From the IMG/VR virus record IMGVR_UViG_3300042470_001171, positions 1 through 64,000 of that record: 64,000 nt of DNA. One strand, given 5' to 3'. The position numbers were made by a program, and so were the translations under genes. Numbering within the stretch: position 1 is the stretch's first letter; every line of letters starts with the position of its first letter. The stretch is from a virus (taxonomy: Duplodnaviria; Caudoviricetes). Positions 10,242-19,429 of the stretch are shown piece by piece. The notes beneath the pieces were generated by a model. The model ran no database searches. It was not told the DNA's origin and saw nothing but the letters and a program-made list of their open reading frames with translations.

Positions 10242-10523
10242 TTAGAATTCGTCGTCAGCAAACGCTTCGGCCCGGACATCGGCGGGACACGATACGTCGC
10301 CCACCCTGGCCCCAGGGACTTCATCGGCGAAGATACCGGCTAGCTGAGTGGCTAGGAACACTTCACCACGGCCAGGAATGACCCGGACATGAAGGTTAAA
10401 CCATTCCCCGGAAGGGTAGATGACCTGGGCGACGTAAATTTTCACTCGGGGATCGTCGCTGATCGGCTCTTGGACTAGATCCAGCGCGGTGGGCTCGTAG
10501 CGTTCGATGGTAGTGGGATACAT
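10242..10523 (-). CDS. Hypothetical protein
   Basis: CCACTTACAGAGA leader. Confidence 0.6.
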   Translation of the reverse strand: MYPTTIERYEPTALDLVQEPISDDPRVKIYVAQVIYPSGEWFNLHVRVIPGRGEVFLATQLAGIFADEVPGARVGDVSCPADVRAEAFADDEF

Positions 10524-10594
10524 GGTGGTTCTCTGTAAGTGGTGTGGATGTGGCGGAACAGGAGGGGGCCAGCAAGTGCCAGCCCCAGGGGACT

Positions 10595-10903
10595 CTAGCC
10601 TAGGTGGCCCGGCTGAGGGGGACGGCCACCAGGGAACTGGTTCCGCTTGTCAGACTCAGCGCTAGCCACTACAGCGGTGCTGCGGCGGTTCGTGCAGGTG
10701 CCGTTCATGCACCGGGGGAATTGATCTCGGCTGGACTTGCTGAGTTGCTGGCTACCTTCCCGAGCACAGTCGGGATCCGAGCTGTAGCGCTCAGTCGGAC
10801 AGTGCCCGTCACCACGCAGTGCCACGGTGCTAGAGGCCAGAGAGGCGCCAGCGGGCAGGAACAGAGCAGCGGCCAGGACGGTTGCGGGGAAATGAAGTAA
10901 CAT
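10595..10903 (-). CDS. Hypothetical secreted Cys-containing protein
   Basis: Signal-peptide-like N-terminus; CCACTTAC leader. Confidence 0.5.
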   Translation of the reverse strand: MLLHFPATVLAAALFLPAGASLASSTVALRGDGHCPTERYSSDPDCAREGSQQLSKSSRDQFPRCMNGTCTNRRSTAVVASAESDKRNQFPGGRPPQPGHLG

Positions 10904-11184
10904 TAGGGAAGATCCTTTGTAAGTGGATTTAACTTAAGGGGCGAGTCGTTGGCGCGACGGACCCCTTTTCTCTGGGGTGACAGAACCCGGCTATTAGCTA
11001 GCGGTTGTTGGTTGCTGTCGATATTTCAATAGTAGGGCCTGGGCTTGGCATCTGTCAACTCATTAATAGCAATATTCTAATAGCTATCGCTTATAGGTAT
11101 CCCAAGAAAGCATCAGGTATTGTGCTACCCTGTTTTGGGAGATCTACGCGATAATTGGGAATGTCCAGCCAAGAGGAGATAACT

Positions 11185-11388
11185 ATGAAATCCCTAAGGG
11201 TGGCCTCCGGCCTCACTCAGGAGCAATTGGCGCGGAAGTTAGATATTTCCGTGTCTACCGTTCGCAATTGGGACGCTGGCAGATCGTTCCCTCACCTAAG
11301 CCCTGCAGCCATGGAAGCGCTAGCAGCAGCCCTGGGAACTGATCTGACGACTCTGGCAGCCGCCGAGCGAGCCCAGCGCAATGGCTAG
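11185..11388 (+). CDS. XRE-family HTH regulator (Cro-like)
   Basis: LRVASGLTQEQLARKLDISVSTVRNWDAG; GAGGAG RBS; at a divergence point. Confidence 0.85.
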   Translation: MKSLRVASGLTQEQLARKLDISVSTVRNWDAGRSFPHLSPAAMEALAAALGTDLTTLAAAERAQRNG

Positions 11389-11439
11389 AATGGCGGTGTT
11401 TTGTTGTTTTAGAACCCAACTAAAAGCCGCTGGCTATTT

Positions 11440-11527
11440 GCCCACAACAGTGGGCGTGTTTCGTGGGATCAAGGCTTTTCTGTGTCAAGAATGACGCATA
11501 CCACCCCACCGCCGTGGGGGTTATAAA
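11440..11527 (+). CRISPR. Two-repeat mini-array with one ~35-nt spacer downstream of the HTH gene
   Basis: GCCCAC-AACA-GTGGGC-GTGTTTCG ... CCCCAC-CGCC-GTGGGG-GT. Confidence 0.6.
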
Positions 11528-11573
11528 ACCCAACTCTAAGCCACAATCCACACATTTACAGAGAAAAACCACT

Positions 11574-11837
11574 ATGAAAGGCTGGACATTTATTCACAAC
11601 GGGAATGGCTACTGCCGTCCGGATCGGGAAGAGGTCGAAGAACTGCTTGCCGATCTAATCGAGAAAGACAAATTCTTTAAAAGGGAGTCAAAGTTTTCCT
11701 ACTGCGCCCCTGACGGCAGTCCTATCCAGTACGCCCAGGTGACGGTAGAGGAAGGCCACCTGATCAGCTACAAGGCAATTAAGCCACCCACCTCAAGAAC
11801 CCAACTAAAAGCCACCAGCCATCAGCCACACACTTAA
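11574..11837 (+). CDS. Hypothetical protein
   Basis: ATG after CACATTTACAGAGA leader. Confidence 0.55.
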   Translation: MKGWTFIHNGNGYCRPDREEVEELLADLIEKDKFFKRESKFSYCAPDGSPIQYAQVTVEEGHLISYKAIKPPTSRTQLKATSHQPHT

Positions 11838-11848
11838 AGACAACCGCC

Positions 11849-12448
11849 ATGCTGGCCAGACAACCCCTCGACTTCTATCCCACCCCCGGCCTGCTCACCT
11901 GGGCCTTGCTGGATAGCCATCGCTTTGTCCCCTGGCGCAACCAGGCCACCGTGCTGGAGCCCTGCAATGGCGAGGGTGCGATCAGCGATGTGCTGAAAGA
12001 ATCTGGCTTGTTCCGCCTGGTGGATACCGCCGACATTGATCCGGCCAAGACCAAGCCAGCAACCGCCATCGGTGCCACCAGCTTCACCATGGACGCCACC
12101 GATCCGCAAGCCTGGGCCCGGATGGCCCGCTACGACTGGGTGATCACGAACCCGCCCTACAACCAAGCCCCGGCGATCTTGCCATTGGCCTACGACAACT
12201 GCCGGGTGGGCATGGCCATGTTGTTGCGCCTCAGTTACCTGGAGCCCTGCAACAACCGGGCCCGCTGGCTGGCAGAACACCCGCCGGCCAAGCTGATCGT
12301 CTTTAACCCCCGGCCACGGTTCCGGGCGGATACAGTCGGCAGCGACTCGGTGACTAGCGCCTGGTTTATCTGGCACCGCTTCGGCAATAGCCAAGGGACT
12401 GAGCTTGAATTTTGTACTAACTGGAGAAACCATGGAACTGACAATTGA
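11849..12448 (+). CDS. Amino (N6-adenine/N4-cytosine) DNA methyltransferase
   Basis: DFYPTP, VLEPCNGEG (motif I), ITNPPY (motif IV). Confidence 0.8.
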   Translation: MLARQPLDFYPTPGLLTWALLDSHRFVPWRNQATVLEPCNGEGAISDVLKESGLFRLVDTADIDPAKTKPATAIGATSFTMDATDPQAWARMARYDWVITNPPYNQAPAILPLAYDNCRVGMAMLLRLSYLEPCNNRARWLAEHPPAKLIVFNPRPRFRADTVGSDSVTSAWFIWHRFGNSQGTELEFCTNWRNHGTDN

Positions 12449-13565
12449 CGCCAAAGGCCTAGCCGCTGTCCTGGCCCTGCCTAACCGGGCGGTGCCAAAC
12501 AGGCCCAGCAACCCTGTACTAACTAACCTGCTGCTCAATGCTGAGGGGGATACCCTGGCGGTGACAGGCAGTGACCTGGGAGCGGTGACCATCACCGCCA
12601 AGGCCAAGGCCAGCATTGCCGTAGAGGGCGAGATCCTGCTACCGGCCAAGCTACTCACCGATATGGTGGGGCGGATGGACGGGAACCTAGCGCTTAACTG
12701 GGATCCAGAAACCAGCCAGGCCACCATCAGCACTCTGGGAGGCAAGTATTCCCTATCCGGCCAGCCCGGGGAGGACTACCCGCTGATCGAGCGGGCAGAG
12801 GGCCAGCAGCTAACCATGGAGGCCAGCACCTTGGCCAGGGCACTAGAGTCCACGCTAGTCACCGCTAGCGATGACGAGAGTAAGCAGATCCTTTGTGGCG
12901 TTCACCTGCAACCCGTTGCCGATGGCCTCGAGGTTGCCTCCACCGATGGCCATCGCCTCAGCGTGTTCCCCGTGGCCCAGGAGGGCATTGAAGCATTTAC
13001 CCCTGTCACACTGCCTAGCAAAGGCCTGAAGGCCCTGAGTGGGCACCTGGGCAAGGCTGAGGGGATGGTGACGGTAACGCTAGACAACACCATCGCCACC
13101 TTTGACCTGGGTGGCCTGGTATTTACCACCCGGCTACTGGAGGGCCAGTATCCAGAGTACCGCCGACTCATCCCCCAGGCCTTTGTAGTGGAGACCCTGA
13201 TCAACCGGCAAGCCTGGATCGATGCCCTGAGCCGGATCATGGTGGTGGCTAGCCAAAAGCAAGGCATCATCAGGCACCAGTGGAATGACCAGGGACAGCT
13301 AGTGCTAGAAGCTGACGTACAAGGCTCTAGCGGGCGGGAGCTGGTTGACTGTGAGGCCAGCGAAGGCCAGGGTGAGGACGTGCTGGGCAAAGCTAAGAAT
13401 CCCATGGCCTTTAACGGCGACTACCTGCTGGATGGCCTCAAGGCCTTCGGCAGCGAGCAGGTGATCCTGCACACCAACACCCCGACCAGCCCAGCCACGA
13501 TCACCGCCCCCGGCAGCAGCCAGGTGTACCTGGTGATGCCAGTACAAATCAGGGACCAGATTTAG
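12432..13565 (+). CDS. dnaN: DNA polymerase III beta sliding clamp
   Basis: PVLTNLLL, GEDYP, STDGHRL, RLLEGQYPEY, YLVMPVQ; ~377 aa. Confidence 0.93.
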   Translation: MELTIDAKGLAAVLALPNRAVPNRPSNPVLTNLLLNAEGDTLAVTGSDLGAVTITAKAKASIAVEGEILLPAKLLTDMVGRMDGNLALNWDPETSQATISTLGGKYSLSGQPGEDYPLIERAEGQQLTMEASTLARALESTLVTASDDESKQILCGVHLQPVADGLEVASTDGHRLSVFPVAQEGIEAFTPVTLPSKGLKALSGHLGKAEGMVTVTLDNTIATFDLGGLVFTTRLLEGQYPEYRRLIPQAFVVETLINRQAWIDALSRIMVVASQKQGIIRHQWNDQGQLVLEADVQGSSGRELVDCEASEGQGEDVLGKAKNPMAFNGDYLLDGLKAFGSEQVILHTNTPTSPATITAPGSSQVYLVMPVQIRDQI

Positions 13566-13593
13566 ACCACACACTTACAGAGGAGACAAGACC

Positions 13594-13983
13594 ATGGAAC
13601 GCTTTACTTTTGCCGACTGCACCATCCAGGGCAGGCTGATCCGAGACCCCGAACTGCACACAACACCGTCTGGCAGCGCCCGTTGCCAGACCGCTATCAA
13701 TTGGTACAGCGGCAAGCACGCCAATGGCGAACCGTACTACAGCCTAATCGACGTAACGATCTGGAAGGAAGCAGGCATGGACGCTGTTGACAACTTACGC
13801 AAGGGCGACCGTGTGAAAATGGTCGGCTCACTGAAACGAGAACAATGGCAGGACAAAAATACTGGCGGCAACCGCTCTAAGCATGTGCTGCACGTTTGGG
13901 ATGCAGTCGAGCTGATCGAGCGCCCCAACCAGGACCAGCCAGCCCAGCCCAGCCAGCCCACCTACGAGGACATCCCCTTCTAA
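13594..13983 (+). CDS. ssb: Single-stranded DNA-binding protein
   Basis: GRLIRDPE, LRKGDRV, C-terminal EDIPF. Confidence 0.92.
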   Translation: MERFTFADCTIQGRLIRDPELHTTPSGSARCQTAINWYSGKHANGEPYYSLIDVTIWKEAGMDAVDNLRKGDRVKMVGSLKREQWQDKNTGGNRSKHVLHVWDAVELIERPNQDQPAQPSQPTYEDIPF

Positions 13984-14177
13984 TGAGCAGACTATCTTTA
14001 CGCCCCGGCTACTCCGTATCGTTCCGCGTCACCAAAGATAAGCCATGGATGGCGGCTACCGTACAATCCGTGGTAGGCAGTACAGTCTGGATCCGGCTAA
14101 ATGCCGATATTGACGGGCTCATCAGCCTGAACCTGGACGACCCAGCCGACTTGGACTGCATTGGCACGCCGTTCTAG
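13983..14177 (+). CDS. Hypothetical protein
   Basis: TAATG coupling to ssb. Confidence 0.55.
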   Translation: MSRLSLRPGYSVSFRVTKDKPWMAATVQSVVGSTVWIRLNADIDGLISLNLDDPADLDCIGTPF

Positions 14178-14210
14178 ATGAGACGACAGATCCCACCACC
14201 GTGGGAGTGC

Positions 14211-14234
14211 CTACGGGCACGTTTGAGAGTTAAA
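14211..14234 (+). repeat. Solitary CRISPR-like hairpin at the end of the dnaN-ssb operon
   Basis: TCCCAC-CACC-GTGGGA-GT, just upstream of a terminator. Confidence 0.55.
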
Positions 14235-14308
14235 AACCCCGGCATAAGCTGGGGTTTTTATTGCCAGTTATTGACTGAGTTATTGATCATTCCGATCAAT
14301 TCTTGGCC

Positions 14309-14376
14309 TGTGCCAGCTACTGTGCCACTAATTTACCTGGGGTATATTGACAAGCCCGATATAGTGGGGGTATATT
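14309..14376 (+). promoter_or_regulatory. Repeated sigma70 promoter cassette (TTGACA-N18-TATATT), copy 1
   Basis: Near-identical copies at 14648-14715, 15061-15128, 19259-19327(-), 25541-25607(-); partial copies at 23424, 42348(-), 43139. Confidence 0.85.
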
Positions 14377-14415
14377 AGAGACATGGAACGAACCACTTAC
14401 ACCGAGGACCGACTG

Positions 14416-14598
14416 ATGACCACCTTCACCACCACCCCTGCCGCTACCCCCACCTTTCGGAACGCCGCCCGCTGGCTCACCCGCCAGCCCTGGCAGTCAG
14501 ACCCAGCTTACTGGGTAGCCCAGGCCAAGACCCGCTACGACCTCACCAACCACCAAGTAGCCGCCCTACTCAACAACATGCAGCTACAACTAGGCTAG
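14416..14598 (+). CDS. Small cassette protein
   Basis: Own promoter, CCACTTAC-GAGGA leader and terminator. Confidence 0.65.
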   Translation: MTTFTTTPAATPTFRNAARWLTRQPWQSDPAYWVAQAKTRYDLTNHQVAALLNNMQLQLG

Positions 14599-14647
14599 GC
14601 CACCGCCACCCTACACTCCAGCCCCTCCCCCCGGAGGGGTTTTTTAT

Positions 14648-14715
14648 TGTGACAGTGGTTGTGCCACTAATTTACCTGGGGTATATTGACAAGCCCTATA
14701 TACCCCCTGTATATT
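14648..14715 (+). promoter_or_regulatory. Repeated sigma70 promoter cassette, copy 2
   Basis: TTGACA 14686, TATATT 14710. Confidence 0.85.
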
Positions 14716-14806
14716 GAGAACATACAAAGCAACCCACCCCGGATGGCTGGAACACCAGAAACGCTAGCCCAGGCAGGGGAGGGAGAATACACAAAAGGAG
14801 ACCACT

Positions 14807-15028
14807 ATGATTAAGTTCGAGCGCAAGAGCAACGGATCCCGTGAAGCCAAACTAAACATCAAAGGTCTTAACGCTTTTGCTAAAGCGGTAGAGCTTCAAA
14901 AGCTTGAGCGCCAAGGCTACACCGTTATGCCTTACAGATACGAAACCGACTCCAAAGGGTTTTTCACCAAGACAGTTTGGCTATACCGGGCTCACTGCGA
15001 AAACCGCACCATCTGGATCCACGCCTAA
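14807..15028 (+). CDS. Small basic cassette protein
   Basis: AAGGAG RBS; own promoter and terminator. Confidence 0.7.
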   Translation: MIKFERKSNGSREAKLNIKGLNAFAKAVELQKLERQGYTVMPYRYETDSKGFFTKTVWLYRAHCENRTIWIHA

Positions 15029-15060
15029 CCACCCTGCCACCCGGCGGGGTGGTTTTTTAT

Positions 15061-15128
15061 TGTGACAGTCATTGTGCCACTAATTAGCCCGGGGTATATT
15101 GACAACCCCAATATAGGGGGGGTATATT
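15061..15128 (+). promoter_or_regulatory. Repeated sigma70 promoter cassette, copy 3
   Basis: TTGACA 15099, TATATT 15123. Confidence 0.85.
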
Positions 15129-15134
15129 AGAGAC

Positions 15135-15335
15135 ATGGCCGAAAGGGCCGAGGGGATGCTACCCCCTAGTCAAAGCTTCCGGCGGGGGGAGATACGCAGT
15201 AACGAGATCTACATCGGTCAGCGCTGATAGCCAGACACCGCTTAAAGATCCTGTAGGGGCCGCAAGGTTCCTAGTGCCGGAGCCCTTCGTTTAGCGGGGC
15301 TGCCCACGGTGCCCCCCAGAGGGGAAGAACACTGG
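15135..15335 (+). ncRNA. Candidate structured non-coding RNA (~200 nt)
   Basis: Follows a strong promoter; no RBS-led ORF; GAAA and GCAA capped hairpins; long-range CTTCCGGC/GCCGGAG pairing. Confidence 0.5.
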
Positions 15336-15337
15336 TA

Positions 15338-15751
15338 CTACAAACTACAGGGGCGGTCAATGTGGTGGACGCCAAGATCGCATCCCTTGATCCTCAATGC
15401 TGCGTACTCCCCCCGCCTCTGTGTCTGGCCTGGGAATAACGATAGCTGCACTTGCTGAGGTTCAGCGGCAGGGCGGCCAACATCCTGATTTAGCCATTCC
15501 AGATAACCTGGATCGCTACCGCCCAGGTTAGGCCCTGGCGCTGGATGCTGGATCCCGCCAACCTTGACGATAGTGCGCTTTACCCATGGCGGATCCAGTA
15601 GGTTGCCTTCTATGTGGTTATACCAACGCATTTCTATAGCTCGGTGACACAATGCCCGGCCACGCATAGCCGTCAAGATATCACCCGTCCTGGCCGCTTC
15701 AGTAAGTAGCGCCTGTCCCTGCTCAAAAAGACATTTAGCCTCGTCTATCAT
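15338..15751 (-). CDS. Hypothetical protein
   Basis: ATGA overlap with sigma gene stop. Confidence 0.55.
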   Translation of the reverse strand: MIDEAKCLFEQGQALLTEAARTGDILTAMRGRALCHRAIEMRWYNHIEGNLLDPPWVKRTIVKVGGIQHPAPGPNLGGSDPGYLEWLNQDVGRPAAEPQQVQLSLFPGQTQRRGEYAALRIKGCDLGVHHIDRPCSL

Positions 15752-16338
15752 TGCGCCAGCCCCCAGCAGCTCACCTCGTAGACTGGCTCTGGCTCCCAGT
15801 CTGGCTCTGGTGGTGGCCTGCTATCGGGTAGCTCCCAGCAGTCGGTTAAGCCAGCCGCTAGCGGTGCATCCAGGCTGAGGCAGTCTGGCCGTAGCAACGC
15901 ATTGAGCGCCTGCGGGATCTGGTCTATCGGGATCCGGGTAGCGCTGGCCATGGCGGCATGGCTGGCCCGCTCGTCATAGAGCTGGCGTAGCAGGGTGAAC
16001 CGGTCTGACCAGCTACGCGGTATCTTCAGCGTCACCGCCCGGTCCCGGCGATGGTGCAATATCTCACCCCGGATGTAGGGCACAGCGTAGCTACTGAAGG
16101 CGGTGCCCTTAGCTGGGTTGTAGCGGTCCACTGCCTTGATCAGGCCGATCACTCCCACCTGCACCAGATCCTCGAATACTTCCACGCCGTCCTGGGCATA
16201 GCGGCCAGCTATCTTCTCCACCAGCCCCAGGTTGATCAGGATCAGAGTGTCGCGGGTACGCTTATAGTCGGCGGCTTTTAGTTGGGTTCTAAGCCGCGCA
16301 AATAACTCTTGTGTTTGGATCCGTATTTCCCGGCTCAT
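15748..16338 (-). CDS. Phage RNA polymerase sigma factor, SigF/SigB-like, apparently lacking region 4
   Basis: NLGLVEKIA, EDLVQVGVIGLIKAVDRY, FSSYAVPYIRGEILH, KIPR, SLDAP; ends soon after region 3. Confidence 0.88.
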   Translation of the reverse strand: MSREIRIQTQELFARLRTQLKAADYKRTRDTLILINLGLVEKIAGRYAQDGVEVFEDLVQVGVIGLIKAVDRYNPAKGTAFSSYAVPYIRGEILHHRRDRAVTLKIPRSWSDRFTLLRQLYDERASHAAMASATRIPIDQIPQALNALLRPDCLSLDAPLAAGLTDCWELPDSRPPPEPDWEPEPVYEVSCWGLAQ

Positions 16339-16428
16339 GCCACCCCCACCAGCCGATATAGTCAGTGTTCCCCTATACTATACTGGGTAAACTGTCAAGC
16401 TGGATCCAGTTGTGGGCACCCTGAAGCC

Positions 16429-17316
16429 ATGGATACTATTACCGTCACCTCCCAGCCCTCCCAGACTGCTAGCCTTGCCCTGCAGCAGGCCAGTAGCGAC
16501 GACCACCTGATCGAGATGTGGATCAGTCGTTCCCGAAGTGCTGGCACCCAGAAAGCCTACCGTCGAGCGATCACCCGGCTACGGGCTTGGCTAGCCCACC
16601 ACGACTGCCACCAGCTAGCCATGGTCACAGCGGCCATGCTGATCGACTATGAGGCCACGTTCCCGAAGCGCTGGAGCGATGCTACCTGCAACCTGCACAA
16701 GGCCGCCATCAAGTCGCTGTGGAAGTTTGGCAGCTCCATTCGTTACCTGCACTTTAATGTCCCCCATGCTGTCTACCGGCTAGGCAAGCCCAGGCCAGTC
16801 ATGGCGGAGCGGATCCTAACCGAAGGCGAAATGAGGCGGGCCATTGCCAAGGAACCTAGCCTGGAGGCCCAGCTATTCCTGCGCTTCCTATTTGCTACTG
16901 GCGTTCGGGCCAGCGAGGCGCTAGCGGTGCGGTGGTGTGACCTGCACCTACGCGGCCAGCGGGTGTTCCTGGCTATCCACCACGGCAAGGGCGACAAGGC
17001 CCGCGAGATCGGATGCTCCAAGGCTGTCTACGACGCGCTGATCCAGGCCCGGCCAGAGGATGCGCTGGACCAGGACGAAATATTCCCGGTGCCCTACCTG
17101 ATCGCTTGGCAATGGGTGAAGGTGGCCATGGCCAGGATCGGCAAGCCCCAGGCTAGCCCCCACTGGCTGCGCCATGCCCATGCTGTCACCGCAGCCGCCC
17201 ATGGCTCCGACTGGTGGAGCATTGCACAGCAATTAGGCCACGCCCGGCCGTCGTTCACAATGGACCGCTACGCCCATTTTAATGGGGTGTTTAGCTCGGA
17301 CTATGTGGATATTTAA
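16429..17316 (+). CDS. Tyrosine recombinase (XerC/D-like)
   Basis: TGVRASE, GKGDK, HWLRH, LGHA...RY catalytic set. Confidence 0.92.
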   Translation: MDTITVTSQPSQTASLALQQASSDDHLIEMWISRSRSAGTQKAYRRAITRLRAWLAHHDCHQLAMVTAAMLIDYEATFPKRWSDATCNLHKAAIKSLWKFGSSIRYLHFNVPHAVYRLGKPRPVMAERILTEGEMRRAIAKEPSLEAQLFLRFLFATGVRASEALAVRWCDLHLRGQRVFLAIHHGKGDKAREIGCSKAVYDALIQARPEDALDQDEIFPVPYLIAWQWVKVAMARIGKPQASPHWLRHAHAVTAAAHGSDWWSIAQQLGHARPSFTMDRYAHFNGVFSSDYVDI

Positions 17317-17350
17317 GCGCCTAAAACGCACAAAGCCCGGCAAAGCCAGG

Positions 17351-18030
17351 GCGGAAACTCCCACGATGGTGGGGTATAGGATAGGTACGGGCTGGAGGAA
17401 CGCCCACTAGAGTGGGGAATGCCAAGCCCAGTTTCACGCTGGAGCGATAGGGGCAAGACTCACCCCCACCAAAGTGGGGAGGTGTTTGCGAGGTGACGGG
17501 TCAGGCTAGCAAACTGGCCCTAACCGAGAAACCCCCACCGGAGTGGGGAGGTGTTTGCGAGTTAAGGGTGCTGGCGCGGTGCCTGACACTGACGAAAGGG
17601 AAAAACCCCCACCGAAGCGGGGAGGTGTTTGCGAATGCCGAGTCAATCGTGGTGGGCCTAACAGCTACCCCGGAGAAACCCCCACCGAAGCGGGGAGGTG
17701 TTTGCGAGCAGTGGGATCGGCACATTCAACGTCGGAGCGGTGGTCGATCAACCCCCACCGGAGTGGGGAAGTGTTTACCAGGCTGTTGTAAACGGGTTTC
17801 CGGCACATAGAAAAACCCCCACGAGGGTGGGGATACTGTGTTTCAGCCACCTCAAGGGCCAGGGGCGTGATAGGATAAACCCCCACCGAAGTGGGGAGGT
17901 GTTTGCGCTTGGGCACCGTGGCGCAATACGGCTTTTTCTCGGAGAAACCCCCACCAAAGCGGGGAGGTGTTTGCGAGAGGGTGCCCTATGGGCTGTCACT
18001 ATCGGCAGAAAAACCCCCACCGGAGTGGGT
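17351..18030 (-). CRISPR. Array C: 11 hairpin repeats; consensus TCGCAAACACCTCCCCACTTCGGTGGGGGTTTCTC(G/C); mostly 28-38 nt spacers
   Basis: Repeat anchors at 17462, 17531, 17605, 17678, 17751, 17815, 17879, 17947, 18013, plus degenerate hairpins near 17359 and 17402; unique spacers. Confidence 0.92.
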
Positions 18031-18082
18031 CCACCGTCACCTACCACCAAATTTTCAAAGTTCTTGCCCCCACTATAGCACA
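18031..18082 (-). promoter_or_regulatory. CRISPR leader C: TGTGCTATAGT -10, boxA-like GAACTTTGAAAA, GGTGACGGTGG
   Basis: Conserved among four arrays. Confidence 0.75.
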
Positions 18083-18150
18083 AAGCTGGCCAGTTGGTGC
18101 AGGCAAAGCAAACCCCCGGCGAGGGCCAGGGGTGGCAGGCAGGCTAGGGG

Positions 18151-18390
18151 CTAGATCCCCAGGCCAGAATCCAGCCAAGTGTCCGTGCATCGCTCCCAGC
18201 CAAGCCCATCCAGCAGGGCGAGGATGCGGGCGGTGGTGAAGTGCTGGTAGTTAACCTCGTCGGGAGCCAACAGGCTGGCCTCGCTAGCAGCCCGCCAGAG
18301 GGCGTCTAGGGCCATCTGGACAAGGCCCATGCGGGTGGCAGAGATATAAATGTCCCGCTGATCTCTTTGGTAGGGGTTGTCTCGTTTCAT
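18151..18390 (-). CDS. Small cassette protein
   Basis: CCACTTAC...GAGGA leader. Confidence 0.6.
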   Translation of the reverse strand: MKRDNPYQRDQRDIYISATRMGLVQMALDALWRAASEASLLAPDEVNYQHFTTARILALLDGLGWERCTDTWLDSGLGI

Positions 18391-18458
18391 GGCGTGATCC
18401 TCTCAGTGTAAGTGGTTGGTCCCCTCGCTGCGCTGTGGGGTGGCAGCGGTAGCCTAGG

Positions 18459-18674
18459 CTAGTCCTGAGTAGTCAGATAGGGAGTGCCTACTCCCACTCT
18501 GGGATCATGCTCGTGTTCAGCCTCGTATGCGGCTACATCGTCTGATGACATGGTGTTTAGTTCCTTCCCGTCCACCCAGTAACCACCGTTACTGTCGAAG
18601 ATCAAGACGGTCTGATCTAGTTGGTCCTGAGTCATTTGAGAGGTTATGTCTCGAAGTTGTCGCCAAGTTATCAT
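18459..18674 (-). CDS. Small acidic cassette protein
   Basis: CCACTTAC...GGAG leader; flanked by a duplicated ~45-bp intergenic segment. Confidence 0.6.
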   Translation of the reverse strand: MITWRQLRDITSQMTQDQLDQTVLIFDSNGGYWVDGKELNTMSSDDVAAYEAEHEHDPRVGVGTPYLTTQD

Positions 18675-18737
18675 TTGTTTAGACTCCGTGGGTAAGTGGT
18701 TGGTCCCCTCGCTACGCTGTGGGGTGGCAGCGGTGGC

Positions 18738-19205
18738 CTAGGCGGCCAGACTAGCCAGTAGCTCAGTCTTTTTCATCCGAGCTGCACCCTTGACGCCCCG
18801 AGCAGTGCCCAGCTTGCGCAACTCCCGGATACCCAGGGCGGCCAGCGGGGTGGCCTCGGGTTGGGGTTGGGGCACTGGGCTAGCTACCGGTGCCGGGGCT
18901 GGCTCTGGGGCCTCCTGGACGGGCTCAGGGGCTTGGCAGCTATCCACCCAGGCATCAACCCTGGGCTGCAGCCATAGCCGGGTTAGCTTGCCAGCCAGGT
19001 AGGCCAGCAGGCCCAGGCAGGCAATCATCTGGCCAGCCCAGCGGTAACGAGCCATGGCGGCTTCAGAAAAGAATGCTTCGGTATACAGGCCCCAGGCCCA
19101 GGCCGTGACCTGGCAAGCCCGGTCAGAGGCTCCGTACCAGGTCTCCCAGGCAGCGGCGACAAAAGAACCATTGTGGCGGGTGGTGGTGATAGTGGCAGTG
19201 TTCAT
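18738..19205 (-). CDS. Membrane protein with C-terminal Rho-N/HeH-like domain
   Basis: LGIRELRKLGTARGVKGAARMKKTELL; central hydrophobic helix; follows promoter cassette. Confidence 0.6.
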   Translation of the reverse strand: MNTATITTTRHNGSFVAAAWETWYGASDRACQVTAWAWGLYTEAFFSEAAMARYRWAGQMIACLGLLAYLAGKLTRLWLQPRVDAWVDSCQAPEPVQEAPEPAPAPVASPVPQPQPEATPLAALGIRELRKLGTARGVKGAARMKKTELLASLAA

Positions 19206-19320
19206 GGCGTTAATCCTTGTGTAGTGTGGATGGCCGCTGTAGCGGTGCGGCATGTCACCAATATAGCCGGGGTATATCGGGCCTGTCAATATGCTAGGGG
19301 TATATTAGTGGCACAACTTC

Positions 19321-19423
19321 TGGCACACTCCCACCAAGTGGGAAGTAGGGGATACCGACATAGGATCCACTCCCACGCTGGTGGGGCCTCTTCATGCAGT
19401 GATCCACTCCCACCGCAGTGGGT
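19321..19423 (-). CRISPR. Array D: 3 hairpins with short spacers immediately downstream of cas5
   Basis: CCCAC-N3/4-GTGGGA-GTG... x3. Confidence 0.7.
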
Positions 19424-19429
19424 ATCGCG

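Noticed and set aside
11834-12745. 303-aa antisense ORF and other long antisense ORFs over dnaN, dnaB and the tape measure gene
   Set aside because: Shadow frames of well-supported genes with no recognisable motifs
17493-18239. Many overlapping ORFs in all frames across array C (likewise 6587-6826, 7354-7614, 23897-24473, 37404-37769)
   Set aside because: Products of stop-poor GC-rich repeats; translations simply mirror the repeat
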